Below, one piece after another: positions 31,111 through 41,057 of a stretch of DNA of 64,000 nucleotides. The stretch spans positions 17,011 through 81,010 of the forward strand of contig JBCCYL010000021.1 in NCBI GenBank assembly GCA_039189765.1, given 5' to 3'. This stretch comes from Cyanobacteria bacterium P01_F01_bin.150. Lineage in GTDB: Bacteria > Cyanobacteriota > Cyanobacteriia > CAKZMO01. Numbering within the stretch: the stretch's first letter is position 1; every line of letters starts with the position of its first letter. The translations under genes were made by a program, and so were the position numbers. A model generated the notes under the pieces. The model saw only the letters and a program-made list of their open reading frames with translations. It made no database searches and was not told the origin of the DNA.

Positions 31111-32637
31111 CTAAAAGAGGAAATTGGTCAGCAATGGTGGAGCAGGAAGAATAATGATGGTTAATATTGCTAATGCGACAACGCCCCACAAATCACGCTG
31201 ATTGTCCAACTCGCTAACATCATTGAGGGCTGGTTCATCTACCGATGGCATAAAAAAGAACAAAATCGCTAGAATCCAAAACTCTCTTTGATTACGATGG
31301 ATATAAGCTAGCAGCAGAACGAGCAAACGCGCGACTTGTCCAATGATCGCCCCTGTCCGCTGGCCAAACATAGCATGAACAATTTTTCCTCCGTTTAGCT
31401 GTCCCACTGGCATCAGATTAATCGTGATAATTAGTAGACCTAGACAGGCGGCGATCGCTACTGGATGAAGATTCAGCGCTTGGGTCGTACTTAAATCATG
31501 GATAGCCAATTTGCCCAGCATGGCAATTAGAAAAGAGGCCTTGGGATCAAAAGATTGGATATTAAACAAACTTGACTCATCAGTTGCAGGAATAGCTTCA
31601 GAATGGGCCAACCCCCATAATAAGATTGGAATAGCCATGACAATGCCAGCTATAGAACCGACAAACCCCATGTCAAACAGAACCTTGCGGTTCGGCATGG
31701 GCGATCGCATCTGTAAAAATGCACCGAACGTTCCAAACGGAAATCCCAAAACCAGTGGGGGGACCGGAATGAAATAGGGTAGGCTCGCTCTTAGTCCATG
31801 GCGATTTGAAATCACATATTGACAACCATGATAAGTTAGTAAAATTGCAATTAAAGCCAAACAATAGGGGACTCCAAGGGAAATATTGCTCCATGTCAGA
31901 CGCAGTGGAGCCTCCAGCTCTTGACTAGCGAGCATTGCTCCAGCAATGGTGGTAGTCAATGCTGTTGCAGCTAATAAAGCAATTGAAATAGCAACAGGGT
32001 AGAGGTTTCGGCTTCTCGCAGCATTTGGGTTTGCTTGGGGGTTTGGCACCAATGCAAAAAAGGGCTTACCGTTGAGACCCTGTTGAAAAATGACTAAAAA
32101 CCTTTGGCCAAAATTTTGGCGAATGTTATCGCTGATAGTTTGATAAGCGACATCTGATGAAGTGCGCAAATGTCCAGTGCAAATTAAAGCTTGAGCACGA
32201 TGTTCTATACCCTTTAGATAATATACAGACCAAGGGAAACAACGCTTTAAGATGTCTTCATCTTCTTTCCCAATCGTGCGTTTCGTTGAAGAATTCGCTA
32301 CAGAATCGGGGGTTAACGATTCATTGGATGGATCCATAGAAGTTACAGATTTGGAGGAGACAGTTAATGAAGGGGGAACAGGTTTAATGGGCGATTGCCG
32401 CCCCATCTGAATCAAAGTAAGGTAGATTAGTGGGCAGACTAAAAAGCTTCCCAACAGTAGAGGCATGGGGATTGGAATAGCATCTTTAAATAAAGCAATC
32501 CAACCCAACCATAACAAGACGGGAGCCATCATGACTAGCCAAAGCAACCAGACGGGCGTACTGGTGATTTGAGCTACGCTTTTTCGAATAACGACATAGG
32601 TTAGTACGCTTAGTAAAATTAGCCACCAAACAATCAT
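31111..32637 (-). CDS. Site-2 protease (M50) family membrane protein with degenerate active site (probable pseudoprotease)
   Basis: Family motifs CFPWSVYYL, SLPYFIP, GTFGAFLQMRSP, LHPVAIA, NLMPVGQL, EPALND present; HExxH reads YHGCQ and LDGG reads LNGG. Confidence 0.9.
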   Translation of the reverse strand: MIVWWLILLSVLTYVVIRKSVAQITSTPVWLLWLVMMAPVLLWLGWIALFKDAIPIPMPLLLGSFLVCPLIYLTLIQMGRQSPIKPVPPSLTVSSKSVTSMDPSNESLTPDSVANSSTKRTIGKEDEDILKRCFPWSVYYLKGIEHRAQALICTGHLRTSSDVAYQTISDNIRQNFGQRFLVIFQQGLNGKPFFALVPNPQANPNAARSRNLYPVAISIALLAATALTTTIAGAMLASQELEAPLRLTWSNISLGVPYCLALIAILLTYHGCQYVISNRHGLRASLPYFIPVPPLVLGFPFGTFGAFLQMRSPMPNRKVLFDMGFVGSIAGIVMAIPILLWGLAHSEAIPATDESSLFNIQSFDPKASFLIAMLGKLAIHDLSTTQALNLHPVAIAACLGLLIITINLMPVGQLNGGKIVHAMFGQRTGAIIGQVARLLVLLLAYIHRNQREFWILAILFFFMPSVDEPALNDVSELDNQRDLWGVVALAILTIIILPAPPLLTNFLF

Positions 32638-32822
32638 GTTACCGATCTCAGACTGTTCACAAATACATTCAATTGCCTCTGCAACAGAATATGGAAATGG
32701 ACTTTACTCATCAGTCTATATATTAGAGTAGATAAACAACTCAAGCTGCTTTTTAGCTTAACCATCTAAATCGGGCCAAGGCTACTTAAATCTAGAATAG
32801 TTCACATCGCGGGAATTCTACC

Positions 32823-33590
32823 TTGACTCAGGCAATCTCCTCTTCAAACTTACCCACATCCTCAACCACTCTATCAATGCAGCATGGTTCGCCCAGTCCA
32901 TCATCAAATCATGTTGTCCTAAAACCTGTTTTGGATACAGTCTTTGCGTTTTCTCCTAATCGAGACACTCTTGGAGGAACATCGTATTTTCTGCAAACTG
33001 CTGATGGAAATGTATTGGTTGATTGTCCAAGCTGGAACAACACTACTCAAGATACATTACAGAAATTGGGCGGTATCCGTTGGCTTGTCTTGACTCATCG
33101 AGGTGGAGTAGGTAAGTTAGCCCATGTCAAGCAGATCCAATCTCATTTTCAATGTGACGTTCTGGTGCAGGAACAGGAAGCATACTTATTACCTGATATT
33201 CCCGTAACTTCTTTTCAACATATCTTCCAAATTGATCCGAATAACCGCATGATTTGGACCCCAGGACATACTCCTGGGTCAGCATGTTTTTATCATCAGC
33301 TTCAAGGTGGGTCAGAAATGAATAAAGGAGTGCTATTTACGGGTCGCCATCTCTTACCCGATCGGCAAGGAAACGCCCAACCGTTGCGAGTTTCCAAAAC
33401 ATTTCATTGGTTTCGTCAATTACGAAGCATTCAAATTCTACGAGATAGCTTTACTGAACATACGTTACACTTTGGGTGTCCGGGGGCAAACACCAGCTTG
33501 TTGAGGCAACAGCGAGTGATCTCAAACTTTTATCAGCAGCTAGTCGATTTAGATTTGGAAAGTCTTAGAGGTATTCAGCCTGGCCTGTAG
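32823..33590 (+). CDS. MBL-fold metallo-hydrolase (cyanobacterial type)
   Basis: PNRDTLGGTSY, NVLVDCP, LTHRGG, QEQEAYLL, WTPGHTPGS, LFTGRHLL. Confidence 0.85.
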   Translation: MTQAISSSNLPTSSTTLSMQHGSPSPSSNHVVLKPVLDTVFAFSPNRDTLGGTSYFLQTADGNVLVDCPSWNNTTQDTLQKLGGIRWLVLTHRGGVGKLAHVKQIQSHFQCDVLVQEQEAYLLPDIPVTSFQHIFQIDPNNRMIWTPGHTPGSACFYHQLQGGSEMNKGVLFTGRHLLPDRQGNAQPLRVSKTFHWFRQLRSIQILRDSFTEHTLHFGCPGANTSLLRQQRVISNFYQQLVDLDLESLRGIQPGL

Positions 33591-33777
33591 GCACACTACC
33601 TACAATGACTAACTAAATGATAGGCTATTACTTTGTGTTTATACGATTTACACTTCTATTATGAAGTCCTGACGAGCAATCATGTATTGTTAGATGCACT
33701 TTTGGGCAGGTTGAGGTTAAGTTAACCTTGATGGCAGGCAATTGTACTGAATTACTACTATTTTATGAGGTTTAAGG

Positions 33778-33975
33778 ATGGCTAAACGCCGTAACCTAAA
33801 GAAAGAAAAAGCTCTACGTAACCAAGCTTATGCGCGTAAGTTCAGGAAGCGTACCAACTCACGCTTCGGTCGCAGGCGTACATTCAACAATAATAACAAT
33901 ACAGGCAGCAGTGAAAATGACACTGGCAATAATAGCTCTGAAAGTGGAAGTGAAGGGGCTGCTGCTGACACCTAA
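33778..33975 (+). CDS. Small Lys/Arg-rich protein with acidic/Asn tail
   Basis: GAGG/AAGG upstream of the ATG; MAKRRNLKKEKALRNQAYARKFRKR; followed by a terminator. Confidence 0.8.
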   Translation: MAKRRNLKKEKALRNQAYARKFRKRTNSRFGRRRTFNNNNNTGSSENDTGNNSSESGSEGAAADT

Positions 33976-34031
33976 AATTTTGTCCTGAGCTTTCTAAAGA
34001 TAGAGGTGATAGAGCTATATAGGGTACTGAG

Positions 34032-34061
34032 AATCACTGAGGTTGTAGAGTCTCAGTGATT
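34032..34061 (+). terminator. Intrinsic terminator after the 65-aa gene
   Basis: AATCACTGAG...CTCAGTGATT followed by TTCT. Confidence 0.6.
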
Positions 34062-34333
34062 TTCTATTGAAAATTATTTCACCTGCCTTAACCCACAGAA
34101 AAAGCTGCAATGCAGATTAACTACATTCAATGTGATGGCTTACACTATCGATTTTTTAAAATGCAGCTATGCTATGTACTCTGGTAAACGTTATGTTTTT
34201 GCCCAGAGAGAGCTGCATAAAGCACATATTGATTCCTGAAAATTATTCATTTCACCGCAGTAGTTGTAACTACACGGTAATGTCGTAGCATGTTTTTCAG
34301 AAGCGCACTTGTGAATGACCGAAAGTCAAGGGA

Positions 34334-35167
34334 ATGGATGAATTTCGTGAAGGGCTTGAACTGGCCACAGCTAAAGAACTAAGGGAGCTGACTCACCTGT
34401 TGTTTCATCGTAGATTCAACCCACTTGATTATGTTATGGGTGTCGATGAGAAAGATCTCCCTTTTAATGACCGCTATGCTTTGATTGCACAAGTTGACAA
34501 AAGATTCCGATTTTTGGCAGCTGACGGTGTTACTGTTTTGAGGCAAACTAGCGATGCTTTGCCTTATCGTCGGATTTTAGGTTCAGTCTGTCAACATTTT
34601 AGTCTGCACTTACCATCATCTTTATCAACCATTGCATTGGAGCAAGAAGTGTTCTTGCATATCCTGGATATAGCCTATCAAAAGCTATCACTAGATGAGC
34701 AATCTAACCTTGAAGACTATTTCCGCAGGACAGTGATCGCCCACTCTTTCAACAGTGAGTGTTATGCAGAGCTTAGGCAGCAGTCTCTACGAGTTATTTT
34801 GAAAGGAAGTGGTGCTGTGATGATTAACTCGGTACTGCGTCCTCTACTCCTACGCTATCTAGCGAATAAAGTTGCAGTCCAATTGGTTCATTATCAAATG
34901 GCCAAGAAACTTTTGGTGGGCAGTAGTTTAGCTGTCGTTCAAGCTTCAAAACGCCAAGCAGCGCTTCAGGCCGCTAAACACGGTGCAGTGCTGAACTTGA
35001 CACGATATGGTGCAGTTCGCAGCGCTTTTGCTGTTTTAGGGCCTGCGATGTGGGCCTGGTTCTTGGCTGACTTGGGCTGGAGATCAATTGCCACTAATTA
35101 CGGCCGGATTATTCCAGCTATTTTTAGCATTGCACAAATTCGATTACTGCAAGAGGATGCCAGATAA
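34334..35167 (+). CDS. YaaW-family conserved protein
   Basis: MDEFREGLELAT, FNPLDY, RFRFLAADGVTVL, DLGWRSIATNYGRIIP. Confidence 0.8.
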   Translation: MDEFREGLELATAKELRELTHLLFHRRFNPLDYVMGVDEKDLPFNDRYALIAQVDKRFRFLAADGVTVLRQTSDALPYRRILGSVCQHFSLHLPSSLSTIALEQEVFLHILDIAYQKLSLDEQSNLEDYFRRTVIAHSFNSECYAELRQQSLRVILKGSGAVMINSVLRPLLLRYLANKVAVQLVHYQMAKKLLVGSSLAVVQASKRQAALQAAKHGAVLNLTRYGAVRSAFAVLGPAMWAWFLADLGWRSIATNYGRIIPAIFSIAQIRLLQEDAR

Positions 35168-35266
35168 GAAAATAGAACTGTTGGTAAAGCAAAAGCATTT
35201 GATAGGCTGAGAGCTACAGCCATTTGAAAATATCTATCCGTTGTCTGTTTTGCAAGGAGAGTACTG

Positions 35267-35830
35267 TTGGCAACCGATCCACCTTCAAATCATTCCCGTG
35301 TAAATTCATCCTCTGAGAAGAACAATAAGGAATCAAAGCGTTCAAAACGATCTGGTGAACCTAAAGGTCATTATGCCCTTTTGAAGATAGCGCCTTGGGC
35401 AAGTCCTCAAGATATTAGGAAGGCTTATCGGGATCTCAGTAAGTTATACCATCCTGATACTACTGCGTTGCCCGCAGATATTGCCACAGCTAAATTTCAG
35501 GCTTTAAATGATGCTTATGCTGTTTTGAGTAATCCAGAGCAGCGATCGCAATATGATCTCCGACATGGATATTCTAGATTTTCCGTCGTACAATCGACTC
35601 GGGACCTAAACAAACCTGTTTCATCTTCTAAAGTTCCAGGGTGGTCTGATCAGGCAAGAATTCGCTCTAATTCTTCATATTTAGATCCCAACGATCGCCC
35701 CCTCTCTCCTGGTGAGATTTTTGCAGTGGTTTTACTGGGAGTTACTTTTGTGGGCTGCCTGGGTTTAGTTTTGTTAGCTAGCCTATTTAGAGGCGAGAGT
35801 GCTGTGCTGACAGTCGGCTTATTTTTATAG
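35267..35830 (+). CDS. J-domain protein with C-terminal TM helix
   Basis: HYALL...IRKAYRDLSKLYHPD...AYAVLSNPEQRSQYD; AAGGAG upstream of the TTG start. Confidence 0.9.
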   Translation: MATDPPSNHSRVNSSSEKNNKESKRSKRSGEPKGHYALLKIAPWASPQDIRKAYRDLSKLYHPDTTALPADIATAKFQALNDAYAVLSNPEQRSQYDLRHGYSRFSVVQSTRDLNKPVSSSKVPGWSDQARIRSNSSYLDPNDRPLSPGEIFAVVLLGVTFVGCLGLVLLASLFRGESAVLTVGLFL

Positions 35831-35966
35831 GTTTAGTATTAAAATATTCCTTGCGGACAATGGTGGAGCTTCTCGCTTCTACTAGCCCATCTGTTTCGTC
35901 TACAGCAAAAACCGATACACTGATATTCAGTATCCCAATTTATTCATAAATACTGGCATCTTTTTC

Positions 35967-36239
35967 ATGGTCCTTCCTTCCTCTGATACTCCGCTATATA
36001 ACCATCCTTTGCCTGATATTGAACAGTGGCTTATGAATAAGGGCTGTGAACAAGACAGTAGCGATCGCCATTTCTGGCAAATTAAGACAGCTAATTGGGA
36101 AGCTGAAATTAGCTTGGACGTGGATTCTCTCAAAGTCCGTTATTTTAACGCTGGAGAGGGCGGACGAGATATCCAACGCTCGTTCAAGTATTCACTGACC
36201 CGTGAAGACTTAGAAGAAGCAATTTTTTCAGGGCCTTAA
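35967..36239 (+). CDS. DUF3143-like conserved cyanobacterial protein
   Basis: TPLYNHPLPDIEQWL...RSFKYSLTREDLEEAIFSGP. Confidence 0.8.
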   Translation: MVLPSSDTPLYNHPLPDIEQWLMNKGCEQDSSDRHFWQIKTANWEAEISLDVDSLKVRYFNAGEGGRDIQRSFKYSLTREDLEEAIFSGP

Positions 36240-36288
36240 AGGGAGCGATTATTAATCCCCAATGTGCTCAAACATATTGCCATTGCCA

Positions 36289-37047
36289 CTACTTTAGGGC
36301 TCCAAAACGTCGATCGCGCTTCTGGTAAGCGACCAGAGCTTGGTGAAATTCAGTTCTGCCAAAGTCAGGCCACAACGTATCTGTGATATAGAGTTCTGCA
36401 TAGGCTGTTTGCCACAACAAAAAATTGCTGAGTCGCATCTCTCCACTGGTTCGAATGAGCAAATCTGGGTCACAGATGCCAGCCGTATATAGGTGGGACT
36501 CAAACAGTTCGACATCAATTGCATTTGGATCAACGATTCCTTGCTTAGCCTTATGGGCAATTGTCTGACATGCTCGGACAATCTCTTGCCGTCCCCCATA
36601 GTTTTTGGCAATGGTAAATCGTATTCCTTTGTTGGTACGAGTTGCTTCTTCTGAATGATGAATCTCGGATTGCAGTGAAGTAGGCAACGCCGCTAAATTA
36701 CCCACAAAACGAATCTGAATATCTTCTTTGATTAATTCGTCTAGCTCCTTCCTCAACACTCGCTCAAATAGGGTCATCAGGAACTCAACTTCCTCCAGGG
36801 GGCGGCTCCAGTTTTCGGTGGAAAACGAATAGGCTGTCAGAGCCTGAATACCCCAATCACGACAACAGTGAAGTAATTCTTTTAATGTATCAACCCCTTG
36901 TTTATGTCCGACCCGTCGGGGTAACCCTTGTTGCTTTGCCCACCGCCCATTACCATCCATAATCACAGCAACATGCCTTGGCAAATAGTCTGCATGTAAA
37001 TCTGTAGGGAGAGTCCTTGAAACCGCTGGAGTTTGATTCGCTGTCAT
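36289..37047 (-). CDS. uppS: Isoprenyl transferase (undecaprenyl diphosphate synthase)
   Basis: [49 protein letters not shown]. Confidence 0.97.
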   Translation of the reverse strand: MTANQTPAVSRTLPTDLHADYLPRHVAVIMDGNGRWAKQQGLPRRVGHKQGVDTLKELLHCCRDWGIQALTAYSFSTENWSRPLEEVEFLMTLFERVLRKELDELIKEDIQIRFVGNLAALPTSLQSEIHHSEEATRTNKGIRFTIAKNYGGRQEIVRACQTIAHKAKQGIVDPNAIDVELFESHLYTAGICDPDLLIRTSGEMRLSNFLLWQTAYAELYITDTLWPDFGRTEFHQALVAYQKRDRRFGALK

Positions 37048-37055
37048 GTCTTTAT

Positions 37056-37985
37056 TTACCGTTTCTTCTTTCTAAGAGATATTGAAATCAAGCGATAGAC
37101 TCGATAGCCCATACCTCTTAGTTGAGTGACAACCCGCCGCCCTAAACTTCTTAATTGGGGAGCTACGACTTCGCGATCGCTAGTTTGTGCAAACTTAGCG
37201 CGGAGCAACTCCCTTAGTTTACTGCTAGTCAGGGGCCGATTGAGGGTTCCTCGCTCAGCAACAGAAATAGACCCAGTTTCTTCTGAAACGACTACACACA
37301 AGCAATACTCTACTCGTTCTGTAATTCCCATCGCTGCTCGGTGTCGTGTCCCTAGCTGTCGAGAAGCATCTCGTTCGGAAATAGGCAAAATAACACCTGC
37401 TGACATCACTCTGGCTTCTCGGATTAGCACCGCGCCATCATGCAATAAAGTAGACGTCTGGAAGATGGTTTGCAGCAGTTCTCTCGATACTTCAGCATTA
37501 ATTCGAACCCCTGGGACTGAAAAATCCTGTTCATCAATAGGTTGAGTGGTCTCCATGATGATTAAAGCTCCTGTCCGATTCTGCGACAGCTCTTTAACCG
37601 CATCTACAATCTCATCAATGGCGTTACCTGATTTTACAGGGGCTTCTCGAGAGGGTTGAAATAGCTGTCGTAAATCTCCCCGACCAAGCTGTTCGAGCAA
37701 TCGACGAAACTCAGTTTGAAAAATAAACGCCATTGCAATAGACGCCCCAACCAAAAGTTTCTCCAGAGCGTAGGCCAGAAAAACAAAGCCCAGTTCTTTA
37801 CTAAGTGACACCAGTAACATCAATACAATGAGACCGCGCACCATCCACAATGTACGTCGTTCCCAAATAATGACGGTGAAAACGATGTAGGCTAGAACCA
37901 GAACTAGCGTAATATCGAGGACACCCAAAAACCATACTTGGGGTCCACTCAAGTGTGTCAGCCATTGTTTTAACAAAACGCCCAT
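37056..37985 (-). CDS. cdaA: Diadenylate cyclase
   Basis: Three N-terminal TM helices; [21 protein letters not shown]. Confidence 0.95.
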   Translation of the reverse strand: MGVLLKQWLTHLSGPQVWFLGVLDITLVLVLAYIVFTVIIWERRTLWMVRGLIVLMLLVSLSKELGFVFLAYALEKLLVGASIAMAFIFQTEFRRLLEQLGRGDLRQLFQPSREAPVKSGNAIDEIVDAVKELSQNRTGALIIMETTQPIDEQDFSVPGVRINAEVSRELLQTIFQTSTLLHDGAVLIREARVMSAGVILPISERDASRQLGTRHRAAMGITERVEYCLCVVVSEETGSISVAERGTLNRPLTSSKLRELLRAKFAQTSDREVVAPQLRSLGRRVVTQLRGMGYRVYRLISISLRKKKR

Positions 37986-38562
37986 CTGGTTAACTTGAAA
38001 TAGCCCGGTGTTTTTATTGAAAGCGTCTTTGTTCCTGTCCTCAGTGCCAAGGGTAGTAACCTCAGGCTCTTAGTGTAAGAGCATTTCATGCTCTACACAC
38101 TTCCTATTTTTTTCGCTTCAAGAGAAGACCCAAACTAGCCCTGGGACGTCAGAATAAACTATTTCTCTCCATTTTCATGATGTCCAGCGCGGATTAAAAA
38201 GGATCTGGCTTCACTTTACACCGTTTGGACCGCATAACTAATGGAAATCTGACAATTACACCCCTCCTCAATTAGGGGAATTGATCTATGAAATAGTTGG
38301 GTATTTCGCTCCACTCGTCATTTCACCCTACTTAAAAGTCACTCTTATTAAGGGTTTGATTAGACCGCTACGACATAGTCTATCCCTTTAGCAATTTGAC
38401 TGACCGGGTTCAACGCAAAACAAGGCTTTGAACCCAGAAGCGTTTGCATCCAATATCTAAATTATGCTCTGCCGCACAATTTTAGGATGCAGCGATCGCC
38501 AAAGCCTCTTTTTTATGAAGCTTAGCCTAAATTACTTGCCCATCACCTACACTCTTGCACTC

Positions 38563-39990
38563 TTAAGATTCAGGCTGTGCTGCTAAATAATCAGGTAGGC
38601 AGTCATGCTGAAGCAAGTCTTCATAGGTTTCTCTTTGCAAGATTAGATGAGCCATGCCGTCATTGACCAGCACGGCCGCCGGTCGAGGAACACGATTGTA
38701 ATTAGAGGCCATGCTGTAGTTGTAGGCTCCAGTCGCGAGTACGACTAATGTATCCCCTGTGGATAGCTCAGGTAATAGAATATCTTTGATGACAATATCA
38801 CCGGACTCACAATGTTTTCCCGCAACGGTCACTGTTTCAGCGGTGGCTGCGGACATTCGATTTGCCAAAATTGCCTCATACTGCGATTGATAAGTAATTG
38901 GGCGAGGGTTGTCAGACATACCACCATCTACAGATATGTAGGTCCTCAGATCAGGAACGGTTTTACGACTGCCCACGGTGTAAGCCGTCACACAAGATGA
39001 ACCAATTAGAGAGCGCCCAGGCTCGGCAATCAGCTTGGGTAACGGGATGTCATTCATCTCACAGGCTTTATGAACTGCGTCACTAACAGTTTTAGCCCAC
39101 TGTTCAATGCTGGGAGGATCATCTGCTTGGGTGTAACGAATACCGAGTCCGCCACCGACATCCAATTCTGAAATGGTTAGCCCATAAGTTTTAGCCTGTA
39201 AGAACCATTGAGCCATAACACCGGGAAGGTCTTCATGGGGCTGGAGCTCAAAAATTTGAGAGCCAATGTGGGCATGAAGCCCCATGCAGTTAAGTTGTGG
39301 TTGTTGACTGACAAACTTAAAGACGTCATCTAACTGCTCTGGATCAAAACCAAACTTGCTATCTAAGTGCCCTGTTTGAATATATTCGTGAGTATGACAT
39401 TCAATGCCAGGGGTCACCCGCAGCATTATGCGAATTTCGTTTGTTTGTTGCTTTGCCAAATCAACGACGGTTTCAAGTTCAAGCCAGTTATCGACAACAA
39501 TAGTCACATGAGATGCGATCGCCATTTCCAGTTCGTGACGTGATTTATTGTTACCATGCAAATAAATCTTTGCCGAATCAAACCCGGCCTTCAATGCAGT
39601 AAACAGCTCGCCTCCGGACACGACATCAATACCCAGGCCTTCTTGTTCAACTAAGGCACACACAGCCAAACAGTTCCATGCTTTGGACGCATAGATAACA
39701 AGCGATTCGCCCTGATAGTGAGTTTTAAAGGCCTCCGTATACTGGCGACAGGATTCGCGCACAGTATGCTCATCTAAGATATAGAGGGGAGAACCAAACT
39801 GCTCTAATAAAGTTGGAACATCACAGCCACCTATTTCCAAATGATCTTGAGCGTTGATCTTAGCTGTTAGGGGCAATAGTGATTGGTTGGGAGAAAGATG
39901 AGGCTTCGTAGCCTCGGCGAAGTAAGCAGAGGTATGGGATGTCCCACGAGTTGTTTCTTGGTTGATTCGATCAAGAGGTGCTGACACCAT
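38563..39990 (-). CDS. lysA: Diaminopimelate decarboxylase
   Basis: YASKA, HGNNKS, HAHIGSQ, GGGLG, EPGRSL, HCESGD, GAYNYSMASNYN. Confidence 0.98.
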   Translation of the reverse strand: MVSAPLDRINQETTRGTSHTSAYFAEATKPHLSPNQSLLPLTAKINAQDHLEIGGCDVPTLLEQFGSPLYILDEHTVRESCRQYTEAFKTHYQGESLVIYASKAWNCLAVCALVEQEGLGIDVVSGGELFTALKAGFDSAKIYLHGNNKSRHELEMAIASHVTIVVDNWLELETVVDLAKQQTNEIRIMLRVTPGIECHTHEYIQTGHLDSKFGFDPEQLDDVFKFVSQQPQLNCMGLHAHIGSQIFELQPHEDLPGVMAQWFLQAKTYGLTISELDVGGGLGIRYTQADDPPSIEQWAKTVSDAVHKACEMNDIPLPKLIAEPGRSLIGSSCVTAYTVGSRKTVPDLRTYISVDGGMSDNPRPITYQSQYEAILANRMSAATAETVTVAGKHCESGDIVIKDILLPELSTGDTLVVLATGAYNYSMASNYNRVPRPAAVLVNDGMAHLILQRETYEDLLQHDCLPDYLAAQPES

Positions 39991-40096
39991 AAGAAAATTA
40001 AGTAATTGATGTTTAATCCAACAGTCTTTAGATTATATGGTTAGCGATTACATCCACGATAGTCAAACGATAAGTCATATGCTGAGGATAATTTAG

Positions 40097-40723
40097 GTGA
40101 TTGAGATATCTCCTTGTCCCATTGTGATCGAAGAATTAACTGAGCAATATTTGCAGGCCGTAATACAAATGGACCAAAATTGCTTGGGTGGCCTATGGAC
40201 GGAAGCAGGTTATCGACGGGAAATTGAGAGTCCCAATAGCCAACTTCTTATCATTAGAATGGCATCAAAGACTTTGAACAAGCCGTCTGAACCTCCCTTA
40301 AGACACTCCAACCTGATTGGTATTGGTTGTGTCTGGTTCATTTTAGAAGAAGCACACATTACTCTATTGGCCATCAAAGCCCCATATCGCCGTCAAGGCT
40401 TTGGCCAAATACTATTGATGGTGCTATTGGAAACTTCTATTCAACGGCAATCGCAATGGGCTACTTTGGAAGTCCGCTGTAGTAATCGTCCAGCTCAGCA
40501 ACTATATGAAAAGTTTGGGTTTATAACCATAGGGCAGCGGAAAAAGTACTATCAAGATACTGGGGAAGATGCTCTTATCCTTTGGAATAAAGAATTACAG
40601 AAACCAGTTCTACAGTACAATTTGGCACAAATCAAGCAAAAAGCACTTGAGCGTCTTCATATAAATGGTTGGTGTGTAGAATCATTAAGGTACAACAATT
40701 GTTCTCGAACTTCTTCTCCATAA
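40097..40723 (+). CDS. rimI: Ribosomal protein S18-alanine N-acetyltransferase (GNAT)
   Basis: EEAHITLLA, RRQGFG, ATLEVR, LYEKFGF, RKKYY, EDALILW; upstream of clpC. Confidence 0.9.
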   Translation: MIEISPCPIVIEELTEQYLQAVIQMDQNCLGGLWTEAGYRREIESPNSQLLIIRMASKTLNKPSEPPLRHSNLIGIGCVWFILEEAHITLLAIKAPYRRQGFGQILLMVLLETSIQRQSQWATLEVRCSNRPAQQLYEKFGFITIGQRKKYYQDTGEDALILWNKELQKPVLQYNLAQIKQKALERLHINGWCVESLRYNNCSRTSSP

Positions 40724-41057
40724 GCTCTGCTAAGCTTTCCATATCAGTTTTCACCTGATAATCTATGTTTAGAAAAAATTAAGTGGTTGAGCGTGCTACT
40801 GGGCAGTGTTGCTCTGATATGGGCACAACTGACATTATTGTTCAAAGATGTTAACGGATAGTTACAGTATTGAAACGCAGTACTGATATTCCGGATGCAT
40901 CGCCAGCTATCAAGCATCTGAGGTCTGGGTTTGAACAACAGATATTGAACTTAGATTCGCTATCTTTATTTTTCGGCCATTTTAACTTAGCTGCCGAGCC
41001 TGTATCACTATGCTAGAATCAAGCTTACTGGCACGCAGCAGGTGATGGAAAAACGCC

